Source: Chrysomallon squamiferum (lineage: Eukaryota > Animalia > Mollusca). From it: a DNA stretch of 64,000 bases. The translations under genes and the position numbers were made by a program. The first letter of the stretch is position 1. The number at the start of each line of letters is the position of its first letter. Of this stretch, positions 13,946 to 50,963 are shown piece after piece. The DNA lies in contig CM022677.1 in NCBI GenBank assembly GCA_012295275.1, positions 26,412,001 through 26,476,000 on the forward strand, given 5' to 3'. The notes below the pieces were generated by a model, which was not told where the DNA came from, searched no databases, and saw only the letters and a list, made by a program, of their open reading frames with translations.

Positions 13946-15834
13946 CTATATCAGTGGTACATTAATTAGCTTGAACCAATGATTTAAAAAACAAATCAAA
14001 TAGGAAACTCGTTGTTTGCATACGTAATAGTACAGATTTTTTAGAAGATGAATGCATTTTTGTTTTAACGAAAAAGACCTAAAAATAAATATTTTGCTAA
14101 ATTTTTTTATACGACTGGTTGACGGACCTTTAAAAACAGATTTAAATTTTGTGTCCAAAACCACTCAAATAAATATATCAGTGAAATAATTCAAATAACA
14201 CGTGATTAATTTGCTTTTTACATGAAAATATGACCTCTAATTCATTGAAAATGGAAATAAATAATAATAAAAAAAAATAATAATAAAAAAATTAAAAAAT
14301 TAAAATAAATAAATAAATTAATAATTAAAAATAAAACGATATAAATTTTTTTATAATTGTTTCAAGTATTGTTTTGCAACATACTCAGAACAATGGGTTT
14401 TGTCAGAGTGATCTGTCCACATTATGGTACCAAATGAGATTAGCCATCTTCATATTCACCCGTCGGTGAAAAGTATTTTCAGTTTTGTTTTCACGTATTT
14501 CTAGTTTGCTGGCGACCTTTTTAAAAACAAATTACGCGTAGAGGTGAATGCATTATGAAAGTTTGTAAAACACTGACCGGCGATGGACACCGTTATCATG
14601 AATTTAGATCGGAAATTTCCGTTTAAGCTCGGAAATCGTCGCACCAGGATTTTCAACTTCCAAATTCAACATTTGTACGACCAATTTTCTGTATTTTTTT
14701 TAATTATTTACATCAATAAAGGTATGTTTGATTGTTCACATTACAAAGCCATGATGTAGAACATCTTTTCTAACTGCATTTTTACCTTAATCAAACTTTT
14801 CAAACACGATTACTTTTTTTCTTCTGAGCAGACGAAATTTGTGCCGTTACGAGTTATCGTTCCTGTTGGTCCATGCGCCGCTAAGTTATTTTTAGCCAAT
14901 CCTCCTCTGACCCAGCAAAAACGACTGCCCCCAAAACACACATACACAAAACAAAATCCCAATAAATTATATTTTATATAACCACAATGTAACTACTAAT
15001 AATAATATCATGGACCATTAGTGGGATTTATGAGCGATCTTTTTTCAGGTTTAACTGTATGCATAGTATAGGACGCCACTGAGCACTTTCTAGTCAACTT
15101 AGATCTTAAAGCTTTTTGGACACGAACGTGCTTCAATTTCAGTTTCAGAACGCAGTTTCAGTGCTCACAGGCGCTATTTTCAGTAGATGCACCCTGGCCA
15201 AGTCAGTAGCTACCACTGATTGTATTTTACCAGGGACGGGAGTTTGCTGGTAAATGAAATACACAAACAGTAACAATAATTAAATAAATTCTGTGATTAA
15301 AAACAATAATAGTAATAACAGTAGTAGTAGTAGCACTAGTAATACAATTGAAGTAGTAGTAGTAGCAACAGTGGTTAAGGTGAAATTAAAACAAAATAAA
15401 ATAATAAAAATAGATGTAAGATGAATATGGAATACAAAATGGTTATGAAGAATGAAGAATAAAAAGAAAAAAAAATAATAAAAAAAGGAAAAAAGAAAAG
15501 TAAGAAACACAAATAGTACAGACTAAGGAGAAACAAGAAGAATGAAGGAATGAAATCTTTATTAGTTTATTAAGTTATTATTTATTTATGTTAATATTCC
15601 TGGTATATTTTAATTAACATCAGTAGTTTCAAAGAGCCTTTCAAGTCTAATCTACCTCTTTTCCTGGTCAACTGTCACAGCCCTTTACCACTTTCATGTG
15701 TATTTGAAGTCAAATCTTTTACTCACTAATATATCAGCCTTTTGATCCTATTTTCAAACATTTCACTGTTTTCACACCTTTCCATTCTTTAATAATATCA
15801 ACATTTTTTTATTTTTTTTTTGGTTCATCTGTTT

Positions 15835-20855
<5,021 letters not shown>

Positions 20856-21573
20856 TGAAATTCTTAAACACTACATTTACAAATCCAACTATTTAAGTAA
20901 ATTTATTCATTTAATTATATTTAATTTTATTTATTTTTTTATTTTATTTTTTATCATTCTTAGTATTATTTTTTTACTAATTAATTTTAATTAATAATTA
21001 TTACAACTAAATAACCGGAAGTAGACACGTCAATTAAGTCTGGAGCCGTCACTGTAGCATTTATTGGCAACTCTCACTTTTAATTTAAAAACCGTTTTAA
21101 AATGATATTCCTAGAAAATATTCGTTTGAACGCAATAGCTGATAATTTCACAAAATAAAATATATTATACTCTATTTTCAAAATAAAATATATATATATA
21201 TATTTTTTAATAAACTAATATAATTTTTGTATTTTTATATACATGTCTATCAGTTTTTTGTAATAAATAAGAAACATCTAAAATTATGATGATTATATAT
21301 TAATAACATATACCTATATAATTCAACATCATCATTATTATCGTTCTTCATGTATTATTAACCAGACATGGCGGAAAGAACAAATCACTTAAATATTAAG
21401 AAATAATTATTTTTTACATTAACAACCTTTCCTAATAATAAAGTAATTTCAAAAATGGAAAACTATATATATATTTAACTCTCTAAAACGGCGTAATAAA
21501 CAAATTGGCATCGTAGTTTCCACAAGTCTTTTCATTATTATTATTAATGAACGTGTAAATAAAATAGAACAAA

Positions 21574-21608
<35 letters not shown>

Positions 21609-21682
21609 ATATTTTACAAACACATCAGTAGACTTAAATTATTTATTTGTCATCATAAACATAACTGGTTTCGCCACCGGTT

Positions 21683-23947
<2,265 letters not shown>

Positions 23948-24382
23948 CTGTTGTAATGAACTGCAGCTAAGTCTGAAGACGACGGCAAAATAAGGTTTCT
24001 TTTATAGTAGAAAAATTTAGCATTTATCTCAAACATATGTTTTGTTCTCATTTTTAAACTTAGTGCTTGATATCGTTATTAATAATTTATGTTACATAAC
24101 AGTCACGGTTTCGTAATATTAGCCTCAGAAAATGACAGATGGAACTATAAAAGACTTTATGAGTTATTCAAATGAAAAGCCAAAAGTACTTCTTATGATA
24201 GATTTACAAATAATAATAATAAGATTAATATCGCTGTTACTAAATATTAAACATTAATACGTAAGAAAAAAGAAAAAAAAACACACGCTTTCGCACTAAC
24301 ATACACACGCACACACACAACGCAACATAAGCAAAACATCTTATATGCCAAATCTAACGAAACCCGAACAATAAACCACGTA

Positions 24383-24428
<46 letters not shown>

Positions 24429-24784
24429 GTTATTATTATTTTTTCTTTTTCGTCTTCTTATTCTTCTTCTTTTTTTTTTTTTATTATTTTTATTATTATT
24501 GTTGTTGTTGTTGATGATGTTGCTAGATCTTAGTATTGTGTGTCGCGCGTGTTGCACCTCAGTCACAACGTTGTTCATGCTCACACCTGCTGATTTTCAT
24601 GGCTTCATATTACTGAATCATGTCTCTTATATAACATAATTACTTATAAATTATTAATAAAGATTTCAAGCATTGAATTTGAAAATGAGAACAGAGCACG
24701 TGTTAGAAATAAACTTTTTAATTTTATTCTATAAAAGAAACCTTAGTTTGCCGTCGTCTTCACAGCCGCTGCTCATCACAACAG
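23948..24784. promoter_or_regulatory. Divergent (head-to-head) promoter region of SP1/SP2 with TATA boxes
   Basis: TATAAAAG at 24730-24737 (+) and 23999-24006 (-), each ~50-60 nt upstream of the ATG. The same element precedes SP4 (30986), SP5 (37240), SP6 (44831) and SP7 (51021), and is deleted in pseudogene SP3. Confidence 0.7.
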
Positions 24785-27383
<2,599 letters not shown>

Positions 27384-27734
27384 AACCGGTGTTACGAAAA
27401 TAAATTCCCGGTGACAAATTAAATGTCTCAATAAAGTCTAAAATGTGTTGTTTTTTTCCTTTTTATTTATTTATTTATTTATTTAATAATAATAAGAAGA
27501 AGAACAAAATTTCAAGTCAACTTAAGAAAAAAATTATTGCGATATTACTCATACATTTATTTTGCAGTTGATGTTTTGTTTTCTAGTTAGAAATCTTTTG
27601 TGACCTTTTTTAACCTTCCTATCTTGCGTTTTGACTATTACCATCATCTTACTTCACCTACATACAAATTAAAACAACAAACTGATAAACAAACAAACAA
27701 GCTAACTAACTAACTAAATAACTAACTAACTGAA

Positions 27735-27773
<39 letters not shown>

Positions 27774-27825
27774 AATTAAAAGCACACCTCGCTGTCTTGA
27801 GAAAGTGAAAAGACTTGTCTTGGAC

Positions 27826-28033
<208 letters not shown>

Positions 28034-28096
28034 AATGAATTATTAAAATTTCATTTACCAACACCAGCCAGTTCTCAGTTAAACAATTTTTAGCTT

Positions 28097-28167
<71 letters not shown>

Positions 28168-28740
28168 TTTTGTTTTGTTTGTTTGTTTGTTAAATACAGC
28201 AACACGGACAAGAATAACTGGAAAATGTGAGTTAAGTAAAGCTTTATCCTTTTGAGGAATGGTAACTAAAACTATCTAAGGTAAATTGTGCTGCGCGATC
28301 ATTTGAAAAAGAGAAATCTGTGTTTGTGTACATTTGTACACTGAGTCTAATATTACCCTCTCCTCCTCCTAATTTATTTATTTATTTATATGTTTATTTA
28401 TTTCTTAATTCAAGATCATTCATCTACAAATGGACATCAACAGTGATATATGTGTAATAACTAATATTGTCTTCACATCCGATGATTTTAACTCCAGGTT
28501 TCTTGTTTCTTTTTGCTTTTTATATCCATCTACATATTTTAACATATTTGATTTCATGGCTGTGATGTCGTCAGAATATTACCAGAAATATTTTTACTTT
28601 AGGACTCCGTAAGAATTATGCACAGAGATAATTTTAGTTAGAACTTAGTTTCCTTGTTCTGGCTTATAGATGAGATTTTGGTTAAAGTACGTTTTTAAGA
28701 CAATCATTTTAACTGGGAACAAAAGCAGAAATTATTCATA

Positions 28741-28791
<51 letters not shown>

Positions 28792-28914
28792 TTTTCCAAA
28801 ACAAGAACAAAAACAAAAAACAGCAACAATAAAAACGAAACACACATATAAACTTGACTGAGATATTTATTTGTCATGAGGAACATATTTTGTGTTTCAC
28901 CGATTTTAGTTATT

Positions 28915-29553
28915 TTAATGACTTGCGATCCAGTCGTAAAACTCGCTCACTCTGGCGTACACACTCGGGTAACTCATCGAACAGACGTTGTTGCTGGTAA
29001 TTCCCCATGACGTCACACCAGCAATCAGCCCTCCGCAGTTCATTGGTCCCCCGCTGTCACCCTACAATGTAAAAACAGAAATTTATACTATTTTCTAAAG
29101 AACAATTTATATGTTTAAATGACGCAGTTATTATTATTTTTAAGATGTCACGATGAAATAGGTGCATACAGCTAATTATTAATTAAAAGTTTGAAATAAA
29201 ATGAGTAAATTTCTTACACTACACGAGCCGCCATCTTTGTTTTCACTTAAGATACAGACGTGCATGTTCTGAATGTTTACTCCGGTTATACCAGACATCG
29301 CTGACTGACAGTCTGCCCTGGTCAGAATCTTGACCGTCACGTGATGATGTTGTTATTTACACTCTGTACGTCCACGTCCTGCCAGGATGCAGTCCTCGTC
29401 GATGTAGTCAGCAGCGTTACTGAGAGCCAAACTGGCAGCGGCGATGTTGGGGTTGTTGTAGTAAAAATCACTAGTGAGTTTCACCACTGCGACGTCATTT
29501 TTATGCTGATTATAATAATAAAAGTAATAGAAGATAACGATATATAAATAATA

Positions 29554-29594
<41 letters not shown>

Positions 29595-30079
29595 AATAAT
29601 AATAATAATGAAATGTATATTCATTATACGTTGTTATTTAGTATGTGTGCGAACGGACATTACTAAGAATTAATAGAAATATTTTTAAAAGGTTTTTATT
29701 TAAATGTTTAATTATTTTTTTAGATTTTTTTTCTTTCCTTCTAAATGATCCATATTAAAAACATATACATCAATTTAGTTACACTGCAGTATTTGTTTTT
29801 ATCTACTTTTTAAACTACTGAAAGAAAAGATATCTTTATAATCCTGCGAAATCGAGGCCATGCTTTATTTTCAACTCCACCGGAAGTTGGGCTTGTCGAA
29901 CCAGCGTCGACAGAAAACAAACTGGATATGAAATAATAATTAAACAAGTTTATAAACTTTTTTTCTGAAAAAAATAACAACAACTGTTTCAGTAAAAAAG
30001 CCAATGACTAATGTATTTAAAACAACAAACCAACATTACCTACGACGACTACAACAAGGAGAACGGCAAACAGCTTCCT
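28915..30079 (-). pseudogene. Decayed serine protease copy SP3
   Basis: Both start ATGs are mutated (AGG AAG CTG) and the TATA box is deleted. Exon 2 (catalytic His) is absent. Exon 3 has lost its splice sites and has a frameshift. Exon 4 has a 30-nt deletion and GWG>GRG. The 5' end of exon 5 and most of intron 4 are deleted at ~29340. Exon 6 (29061-28915) is intact. Confidence 0.9.
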
Positions 30080-30664
30080 CTGTTGATGAACTGCAGCTAA
30101 GTCTGAAGACGACGGCAAAATTTAACATTTATCTCAAACATGTTTTTTTCTCATTTTTAATCTTAGTGTTTGATATCGTTATTAATAATTTATCTTACAT
30201 AACAGTCACGGTTTCGTAATATTAGACTCAGAAAATGACAGATGCAACTATAAAAGTCTTTATGAGTTATTCAGATGAAAAGCTAAAAGTACTTCTTCTG
30301 ACAGATTTACAAATAATTAGAACTAAAATATTAACAAAACAGGTAAATACGAAAACAATAAAACAGTAAAAAAAAAAAAAATAGCAAGAAACAACAACAG
30401 CAATAACAATAGTATATAATAACACCAACGACATAATAACAATAACAATAATATTTACGAAAAATTACTTTATTAATATTAATATAAGAAAAGAAAATAA
30501 ATAACAGAAAAAAGGAAACGGAGCTCGCGCGCACGCACGCACACACACACGCACACAGACACGCACAAACACACACACAAAGCCCAGTATCCTGTATGCC
30601 AAATTTAACGAAACCAGAAACATAAACCACATTCTAAGAAATAGATTTTAAAATATTATTGTTG

Positions 30665-30696
<32 letters not shown>

Positions 30697-31037
30697 TCTT
30701 TTTTGTTGTTGTTGTATTATTATTATAGTTGTTGTTGTTGATGATGTTGCTTTTACACGCGTGTTACACATCATTCACAGATTAATGTTGTTCATACTCA
30801 CACCTGCTTATTTTCATAGCTTAGTTATTATATATATATCACTGTTTGTAGATGTGAGATCTTGAATTAAGAAATATTACTAAATCATGTCTCTTATATA
30901 ACATAATTGTTAATAAAGGTTTCAAGTACTGAACTGAAAAATGAGAACAGAACACGTGTTTGAAGTAAAATTTAAAATTTTATTCTATAAAAGAAACAAA
31001 AGTTTGCCGTCGTCTTCAAACTTTACTGTCACAACAG

Positions 31038-33516
<2,479 letters not shown>

Positions 33517-33564
33517 TAAATGTCTCAATGAAGTCTAAACGTGTGTTGTTTTTTACTTTTGCAT

Positions 33565-33595
<31 letters not shown>

Positions 33596-33913
33596 TCTGT
33601 TTATTTACTTGTTTGCTTGACTGATTGATTGATTGACTGACTGATTGCTTAGATGATTGATATTTTGGTCTGTTTAAGAATTATGCAACAAGATAATTTC
33701 AGTTTCCTCTTTTGCTTAAAGTAGTTTTTGACTGGCAAGAGAAGCTGAAGTCATTCACTGACATCGCTTAAATTAAAAAATAATTCTGATTCTACAAAAA
33801 GAAACAAAAACAAAAAGAACAGTAACAATAAGAACGAAACACATATATAGATTTGACTTAGATATTTATTTGTCATGAGGAACATATTTTGTGTTTCACC
33901 GATTTTAGAGATT

Positions 33914-37182
<3,269 letters not shown>

Positions 37183-37539
37183 CTTCGTCTGTTGTGATGA
37201 ACTGCAGCTAAGTCTGAAGACGACGGCGGATTAAAGTTACTTTTATAGTAAAACATTTTAACTTTTATCTCAAACACCTGTTTTGTTCTCACTTTTAAAC
37301 TTACTACTCCAAATTATTATTAATAATTTATTAGTAATTATAAATTATGCAAATGAGTTTAGGAACGAGGTTTTCATATAATTAAGTCATATAATTGTCA
37401 CGTTCTAATCACAGAGTTGTCAGTGATACAATAAAACTGACTATATAAACTTCTGTACGATCCTAGCCAAATTTTATTTACATCGAAACAGACAGGGTAT
37501 GTCTGGAGTTAAATACTAGTGTACATGAAGATCGTCTGA

Positions 37540-37971
37540 GTAAACTTTTGTAATATCTAAGTTATAATTTTATTTTTCTTGAATGTCTAAGAGAAAATAC
37601 TTTCTCTTTTTTCTCTTTTTGTTATAATATCAGGATGTTTTTTTTTTTTTGGGGAATTGTTTTTTTTTTGTCTGTTTGTGTGTGTGTTATAAAATTATTT
37701 TTGGTACGTTTTTGGGTTACAATTTTCCTTTTTTTCGTCGCAGTTTCTTTTCTGTTTTATTTGTTTTGGTTTTTTTTTTGCTTTTTTTTTGTCTATTCGT
37801 TTTTTTATATGTATTAACTATATTCGTTTTCGCATACATGTCTGATTATCAAATTATTTTTCGTGTATATCTAAGTTATAAAATTATTTTTTTGGGATAT
37901 ATCAAATTATAATATTACTTTTTGTGTACATCTAAACTATATTCGTGTTTTGTGTATGTCTAAGTTATAAT

Positions 37972-38006
<35 letters not shown>

Positions 38007-38160
38007 TATAATATTCGTTTTGTTTTTCTGTGTGTAATAATATAAATACGGTTTAATATTCGATTTGGAATACGTTTAAGTTATAAAAAATTATTTTTTA
38101 TGGACGTCTAAATTATTATCTTCTTTTTTGTATTTTCATCTTCATCTAAGTTACAAGTTT
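37540..38160. repeat. Degenerate ~30-bp satellite (GTGTACGTCTAAGTTATAAAATTATTTTT) upstream of class-B protease promoters; also ~40005-40290, 45140-45850, 51350-51680
   Basis: The TCTAAGTTATAA core recurs at roughly 30-bp spacing. Confidence 0.7.
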
Positions 38161-38231
38161 TCTTGTGTTTTATATCTGGCGGCCATCGTGGTTGCAGTAA
38201 ACGTGTTAAACTCAGTCTGTTACAAACATTT

Positions 38232-38303
38232 GTCTGTTCGATGAGTTACCCGAGTGTGTACGCCAGAGTGAGCGAGTTTTACGACTGGATTACAAGTCAG
38301 TAA
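38232..38303 (+). pseudogene. Orphan 3' half of protease exon 6 ([23 protein letters not shown]) followed by its 3' UTR
   Basis: Near-identical to the end of SP2 exon 6, with no upstream exons or acceptor. Confidence 0.88.
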
Positions 38304-38440
38304 AACCGGTGTTACCAAAATAAATTCCCGGTGACAAATTAAATGTCTCAATGACGTCTAAACGTGTGTTGTTCTTTTTTTTTGTATTTATTTATTTATT
38401 TATTGTCTTGATTTCCCTTTCTCCATTATAGCTTTATTTT

Positions 38441-38501
<61 letters not shown>

Positions 38502-39219
38502 GAAATGTTCATGTGAACTTAACAAACTGAAACATTCTGTTTACCGTGACGTAATCAAACGAATTTTTAAATCTAAACAACTTAACGAAATAGTCTGATA
38601 TAAATGTTTATTATTTATTTTTATTTTTATCAGGTAACAAATACTGAATCGTTTATTCTTACATTATAAACCAGAAGAAAGAGAGGTTTGAGGGAATCAA
38701 AAAGCTATGCTTTGCTATTTAATATAAATATAATTTGTAAAAAAATATTACATTAAAAAAATTGGTCTAGTTGAATCTTTAAAACATCCTTAAAATAAAA
38801 TAGTACACACTCTCACTGAATTGTAGTTATTGCGGAATTAACTGATAAATCTTCTTTTTTAACAGCATTTTGATATTTTATTAGGTAATTTCTAGATAGA
38901 AAAATATGTGATTTTGTTAACTTGCTAACATGCCTTCTTACTATTACTATACCGATTTCTAAAACAAAAAATAATTAAATAAACAAACAAACAAATAAAT
39001 AAATAAATAAAGATCCCTCGTCATTTTGAGAAATTGAAAAGCGTTGACTGAATTCAATTACTATTATTATTATTATTTTATTATTAATGAATTATTAAAA
39101 GTTCATTTACCAACCAATCTCAAATAAACTACTTTTTCCTTCAGTCGGATTTCATTTTTTTTGTTTATTCGTTTATTTATCTACTTATTTATTTATTGTT
39201 TGTTTGTTTGCTTGCTTGT

Positions 39220-39250
<31 letters not shown>

Positions 39251-39613
39251 TTTCACCACGAACAGAATACCATAGATCATAAACAGACACGAACAGTGAT
39301 TATATATATAAGTATTAATCAAGATCGTCTTCACAACAGATTAGTTTATTTGATAACTTTGAGACCAGATTTCTTGCTCATTAGCTCTTTATATCCATTT
39401 ACATATTAAAACATTTGATTTCATGTCTGTGAAATCTTCAGAATATTAACAGAAATGTTTTTACTTCAGCATTTAGCATGCGGCTATTTTGGACTCAGTA
39501 AGAATTATTCACAAAGATGATTTCAGTTTCCGGTACTGGCTTATAGACGAGATTTTTCTTAAAGTAGATTTTAAGAAACCATTTTACCTGGCTGAAGTTA
39601 TTAATTGACATCG

Positions 39614-39681
<68 letters not shown>

Positions 39682-39781
39682 TGTTCAATAAAAAACAATA
39701 AGAACGAAACATTTATAGACTTGACTGAGATATTTATTTTTCATGAGGAACATATTTTGTGTTTCACCGGTTTTAGATATT

Positions 39782-39928
39782 TTAGTGACTTGCGATCCAG
39801 TCTTAAAACTTGCTCACTCTGGCGTACACACTCGGGTAGCTCATCGAACAGACGTTGTTGCTGGTAATTCCCCAAGACGTCACACCAGCAATCAGCCCTT
39901 CGCAGTTCATTGGTCCCCCGCTGTCACC
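39782..39928 (-). pseudogene. Orphan protease exon 6 with premature stop
   Basis: A complete GDSGGP exon with TAC>TAA near its end. Intron 5 is truncated at the ~40008 duplication breakpoint. Confidence 0.88.
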
Positions 39929-40366
39929 CTACAATGTAAACACAGAAATTAATACTATTTTCTAAAGAACAATTTATATGTTTAAATGACGCAGTTATTA
40001 TTATTTTTCGTGTACATCTAAGTTATAAAATTATTTTTGGGATACGTCAGTTATAATATTACTTTTTTGTGTACATCTAAACTATATTCGTTTTTATGTA
40101 TGTCTAAGTTATAATATTTTGTGTGTGTGTGTGTGTATGTGTCTACTTTATAATATTCGTTTTGTTTTTCTGTGTGTAATAATATAATACGGTTATAATA
40201 TTCGATTTGGTATACGTTTAAGTTATAAAATTATTTTTTATGGACGTCTAAATTATTATCTTCTTCTATTTTCATCTTCATCTAAGTTACAAGTTTTCTT
40301 GTATTTATATCTGGCGGCCATCGTGGTTGCAGTAAACGTGTTAAACTCAGTCTGTTACAAACATTT

Positions 40367-40438
40367 GTCTGTTCGATGAGTTACCCGAGTGTGTACGCCA
40401 GAGTGAGCGAGTTTTACGACTGGATTACAAGTCAGTAA
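40367..40438 (+). pseudogene. Orphan 3' half of protease exon 6 (duplicate of 38232-38303)
   Basis: Identical to the 38232 fragment. Confidence 0.88.
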
Positions 40439-40575
40439 AACCGGTGTTACCAAAATAAATTCCCGGTGACAAATTAAATGTCTCAATGACGTCTAAACGT
40501 GTGCTGTTCTTTTTTTTTGTATTTATTTATTTATTTATTGTCTTGATTTCCCTTTCTCCATTATAGCTTTATTTT

Positions 40576-40645
<70 letters not shown>

Positions 40646-41757
40646 AAGAAATGTTCATGTGAACTTAACAAACTGAAACATTCTGTTTACCGTGACGTAA
40701 TCAAACGAATTTTTAAATCTAAACAACTTAACGAAATAGTCTGATATAAATGTTTATTATTTATTTTTATTTTTATCAGGTAACAAATACTGAATCGTTT
40801 ATTCTTACATTATAAACCAGAAGAAAGAGCGATTTGAGGGAATCAAAAAGCTATGCTTTGCTATTTAATATAAATATAATTTGTAAACAAAATATTACAT
40901 TAAAAAACATTGGTCTAGTTGAATCTTTAAAACATCCTTAAAATAAAATAGTACACACTCTCACTGAATTGTAGTTATTGCGGAATTAACTGATAAATCT
41001 TCTTTTTTAACAGCATTTTGATATTTTATTAGGTAATTTCTAGATAGAAAAATATGTGATTTTGTTAACTTGCTAACATGCCTTCTTACTATTACTATAC
41101 CGATTTCTAAAACAAAAAATAATTAAATAAACAAACAAACAAATAAATAAATAAATAAAGATCCCTCGTCATTTTGAGAAATTGAAAAGCGTTGACTGAA
41201 TTCAATTACTATTATTATTATTATTTTATTATTAATGAATTATTAAAAGTTCATTTACCAACCAATCTCAAATAAACTACTTTTTCCTTCAGTCGGATTT
41301 CATTTTTTTTGTTTATTCGTTTATTTATCTACTTATTTATTTATTGTTTGTTTGTTTGCTTGCTTGTTTATTTATTTATTTATTTATTTATTTATTTCAC
41401 CACGAACAGAATACCATAGATCATAAACAGACACGAACAGTGATTATATATATAAGTATTAATCAAGATCGTCTTCACAACAGATTAGTTTATTTGATAA
41501 CTTTGAGACCAGATTTCTTGCTCATTAGCTCTTTATATCCATTTACATATTAAAACATTTGATTTCATGTCTGTGAAATCTTCAGAATATTAACAGAAAT
41601 GTTTTTACTTCAGCATTTAGCATGCGGCTATTTTGGACTCAGTAAGAATTATTCACAAAGATGATTTCAGTTTCCGGTACTGGCTTATAGACGAGATTTT
41701 TCTTAAAGTAGATTTTAAGAAACCATTTTACCTGGCTGAAGTTATTAATTGACATCG

Positions 41758-41819
<62 letters not shown>

Positions 41820-41919
41820 TGTTCAATAAAAAACAATAAGAACGAAACATTTATAGACTTGACTGAGATATTTATTTTTCATGAGGAACATATTTTGTGT
41901 TTCACCGGTTTTAGATATT

Positions 41920-44773
<2,854 letters not shown>

Positions 44774-45937
44774 CTTCGTCTGTTGTGATGAACTGCAGCT
44801 AAGTCTGAAGACGACGGCGGATTGAAGTTACTTTTATAGTAGAACATTTTAACTTTTACCTCAAACACCTGTTTTGTTCTCACTTTTAAACTTACTACTC
44901 CGAATTATTATTAATAATTTATTAGTAATTATAAATTATGCAAATGAGTTTAGGAACGAGGTTTTCATATAATTAAGTCATATAATTGTCACGTTCTAAT
45001 CATTGAATTGTCAGTGATACAATAAAACTGACTATATAAACTTCTGTACGATCCTAGCCAAATTTTATTTACATCGAAACAGACAGGGTATGTCTGGAGA
45101 TAAGTGTTTGTGGTACATGAAGATCGTCTGAGTAAACTTTTGTAACATTTAAGTTATAATTTTCTTTTTCTTGAATGTCCTCTTTTTTCTCTGAATTATA
45201 ATATTAGGTGGTTGTTGTTTTTTGGGTGGAAGGGTGATTTTGTTTTCTTTGTGTGTGTATGTGTTTGTGTGTCTGTGTGTGTTTTATAAAATTCTTTTCT
45301 TTGTACGTTTAAGTTACAATATTCGTTGTTTTTTGGGGGCATTATTTAGGGATTTTTCTTTTGCTTTTTTTCGTCTAAGTTATAAAACTATTTTATATGT
45401 ACGTTTAAGATACAGTATTCGTTTTCGCATACGTCTAAATTACCAAATTATTTTTCGTATACATCTAAGTTATAAAATAATTTTTGGGATACGTCAGTTA
45501 TAATATTTTTTGTGTACATCTAAACGATATTCGTTTTCGTATATGTCTGAGTAATAAAATTATTTTTATTATACATCAGTTATATTTTTTTTGGTATATA
45601 TGTAAGTTATAATATTTGTTTTCGTGTACGTCTAAGTTATAAAATTATTTTTTGTATACATCTAAGTTGTAATAGTGTGTGTGTGTGTGTGTGTGTGTGT
45701 CTAAGTTATAATATTCGTTTTGTTTTTCTGTGTGTACGTCTAGGTTATAATATTCGTTTTGGTATGTATTCAAGGTATAAAATTATTTTTTTGTGGACGT
45801 CTAAATTATTATCTTCTTCTATTTTTGTACATCGAAGTTATCATCTTCATCGAAGTTGCATTTTTTTTCTTGTATTTATATCTGGCGGCAATCGTGGTTA
45901 CACTAAACTTGTTAAACTCAGTCTGTTACAATTATTT

Positions 45938-46009
45938 GTCTGTTCCACGAATTACCCGAGTGTGTTCGCCAGAGTGAGCGAGTTTTACAACTGGATGTCA
46001 CGTCAGTAA
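45938..46009 (+). pseudogene. Orphan 3' half of protease exon 6 (VCSTNYPSVFARVSEFYNWMSRQ*)
   Basis: Same junction sequence (AACTCAGTCTGTTACA..TTTGTCTGTTC) as the other two + fragments, but more diverged. Confidence 0.85.
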
Positions 46010-46979
46010 AACCGGTGTTACGAAAATAAATTCCCGATGACAAATCAATGTTTCAATGACGTCTAAACGTGTGTTCTTCTTATACTTTGTATTTATTTAT
46101 TTATTTTCTTGTTTTCCCTTTCTGCATTATAGCTTTATTTTTGTAGTAATAATAATAATAATAATGATAATAATAATAAAAAACAAAAGATCATGTAAAC
46201 TTAATAAACTGAAACATTCTGTTTACTGTGACGTAATTAAAATAATTCTTAAATCTAAACAACTAAACGAAATAGTCTGATATAAATGTTTATTATTTGT
46301 TTTTATTTTTATCAAGTTATAAATACTGAATCGTTTATTCTTACATTATAAACCAGAAGAAAGAGCGATTTGATGAAATCAAATAGCTATGCTTTGTTAT
46401 TTAATATAAATATTATTTGCAAAAAAATATTACGTTAAAAAAATTGGTGAAGTTGAATCTTTAAAACATCCTTAAAATAAAATAGCACACACTCTCACTG
46501 AATTGTAGTTATTGCGGAATTAACTGTTTAATCTTTTTTTTTTACATCATTTTGATATTTTGTTAGGTAATGTCTAGATAGAAAAATGTGTGATTTTGTT
46601 CACCTTCCTATCATGCCTCCTATTACTATACCGACTGCTTTAACCTACATACAAATTAAGACAACAAACAAACAAAATTAATTAACATAAAACAAAAGAT
46701 AATTAAATAATGAAAGAAAAAACAAACAAACAAATAAATAAACATCCCTCGTCACTTTGAGAAAGTAAAAAGCGATGAGTGAATTCAGTTATTTTTATTA
46801 TCATTATTAATATTATTTTTGTTGTTGTTATTATTATTATTATTAATGAATTAATAAAAGTTCATTTACTAATGTCAAATAAACTACTTTTTTATTTTAG
46901 TCGTATTTTTTTTTTAATTTGTTTAAATTATCTAAACTTATTTATTGTTTGTTTGTTTTTGCTTTGTTTGCTTATTTTT

Positions 46980-47026
<47 letters not shown>

Positions 47027-47401
47027 TTGTTTGTTTGAATACCATAGATAATAAACAGACAGGAACAGTTATTTATTTATTTATATATAAGTATTAATCA
47101 ATATCGATCTTCAACATCAGATTAATTTATTTGATATATTTATATACCATATTTATATGTTTATTTTGCTCTTTATATCCATTTTCATATTAAAACATTT
47201 GATTTCATGCCTGAGAAAATCATCAGAATATTAACAGAAATTTTTTACTTCAGCATTTAACGTGCGGTATTTTGGACTTTTAAGAATTATTCAGTAAGAA
47301 TTATTCAGGTTCCGGAACTTTATAGACGAGATTTTGCTTAAAGTAGGTTTTAAGGCAATCATTTTACCTGGTTCCAGTTATTAATTGGACATCTATGAAT
47401 C

Positions 47402-47450
<49 letters not shown>

Positions 47451-47551
47451 GAACAGAAATAATAATAATAATATAGATTTTAATAACTGTTCAACATTTG
47501 TCAATAAGAACGAAACATATTTTGTGTTTCATTTATTTGATTTTAGATATT

Positions 47552-50963
<3,412 letters not shown>

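Noticed and set aside
14380-14930. Higher-complexity segment that may be a DNA-transposon remnant
   Set aside because: No TIRs, TSD, second copy or ORF could be identified by eye.
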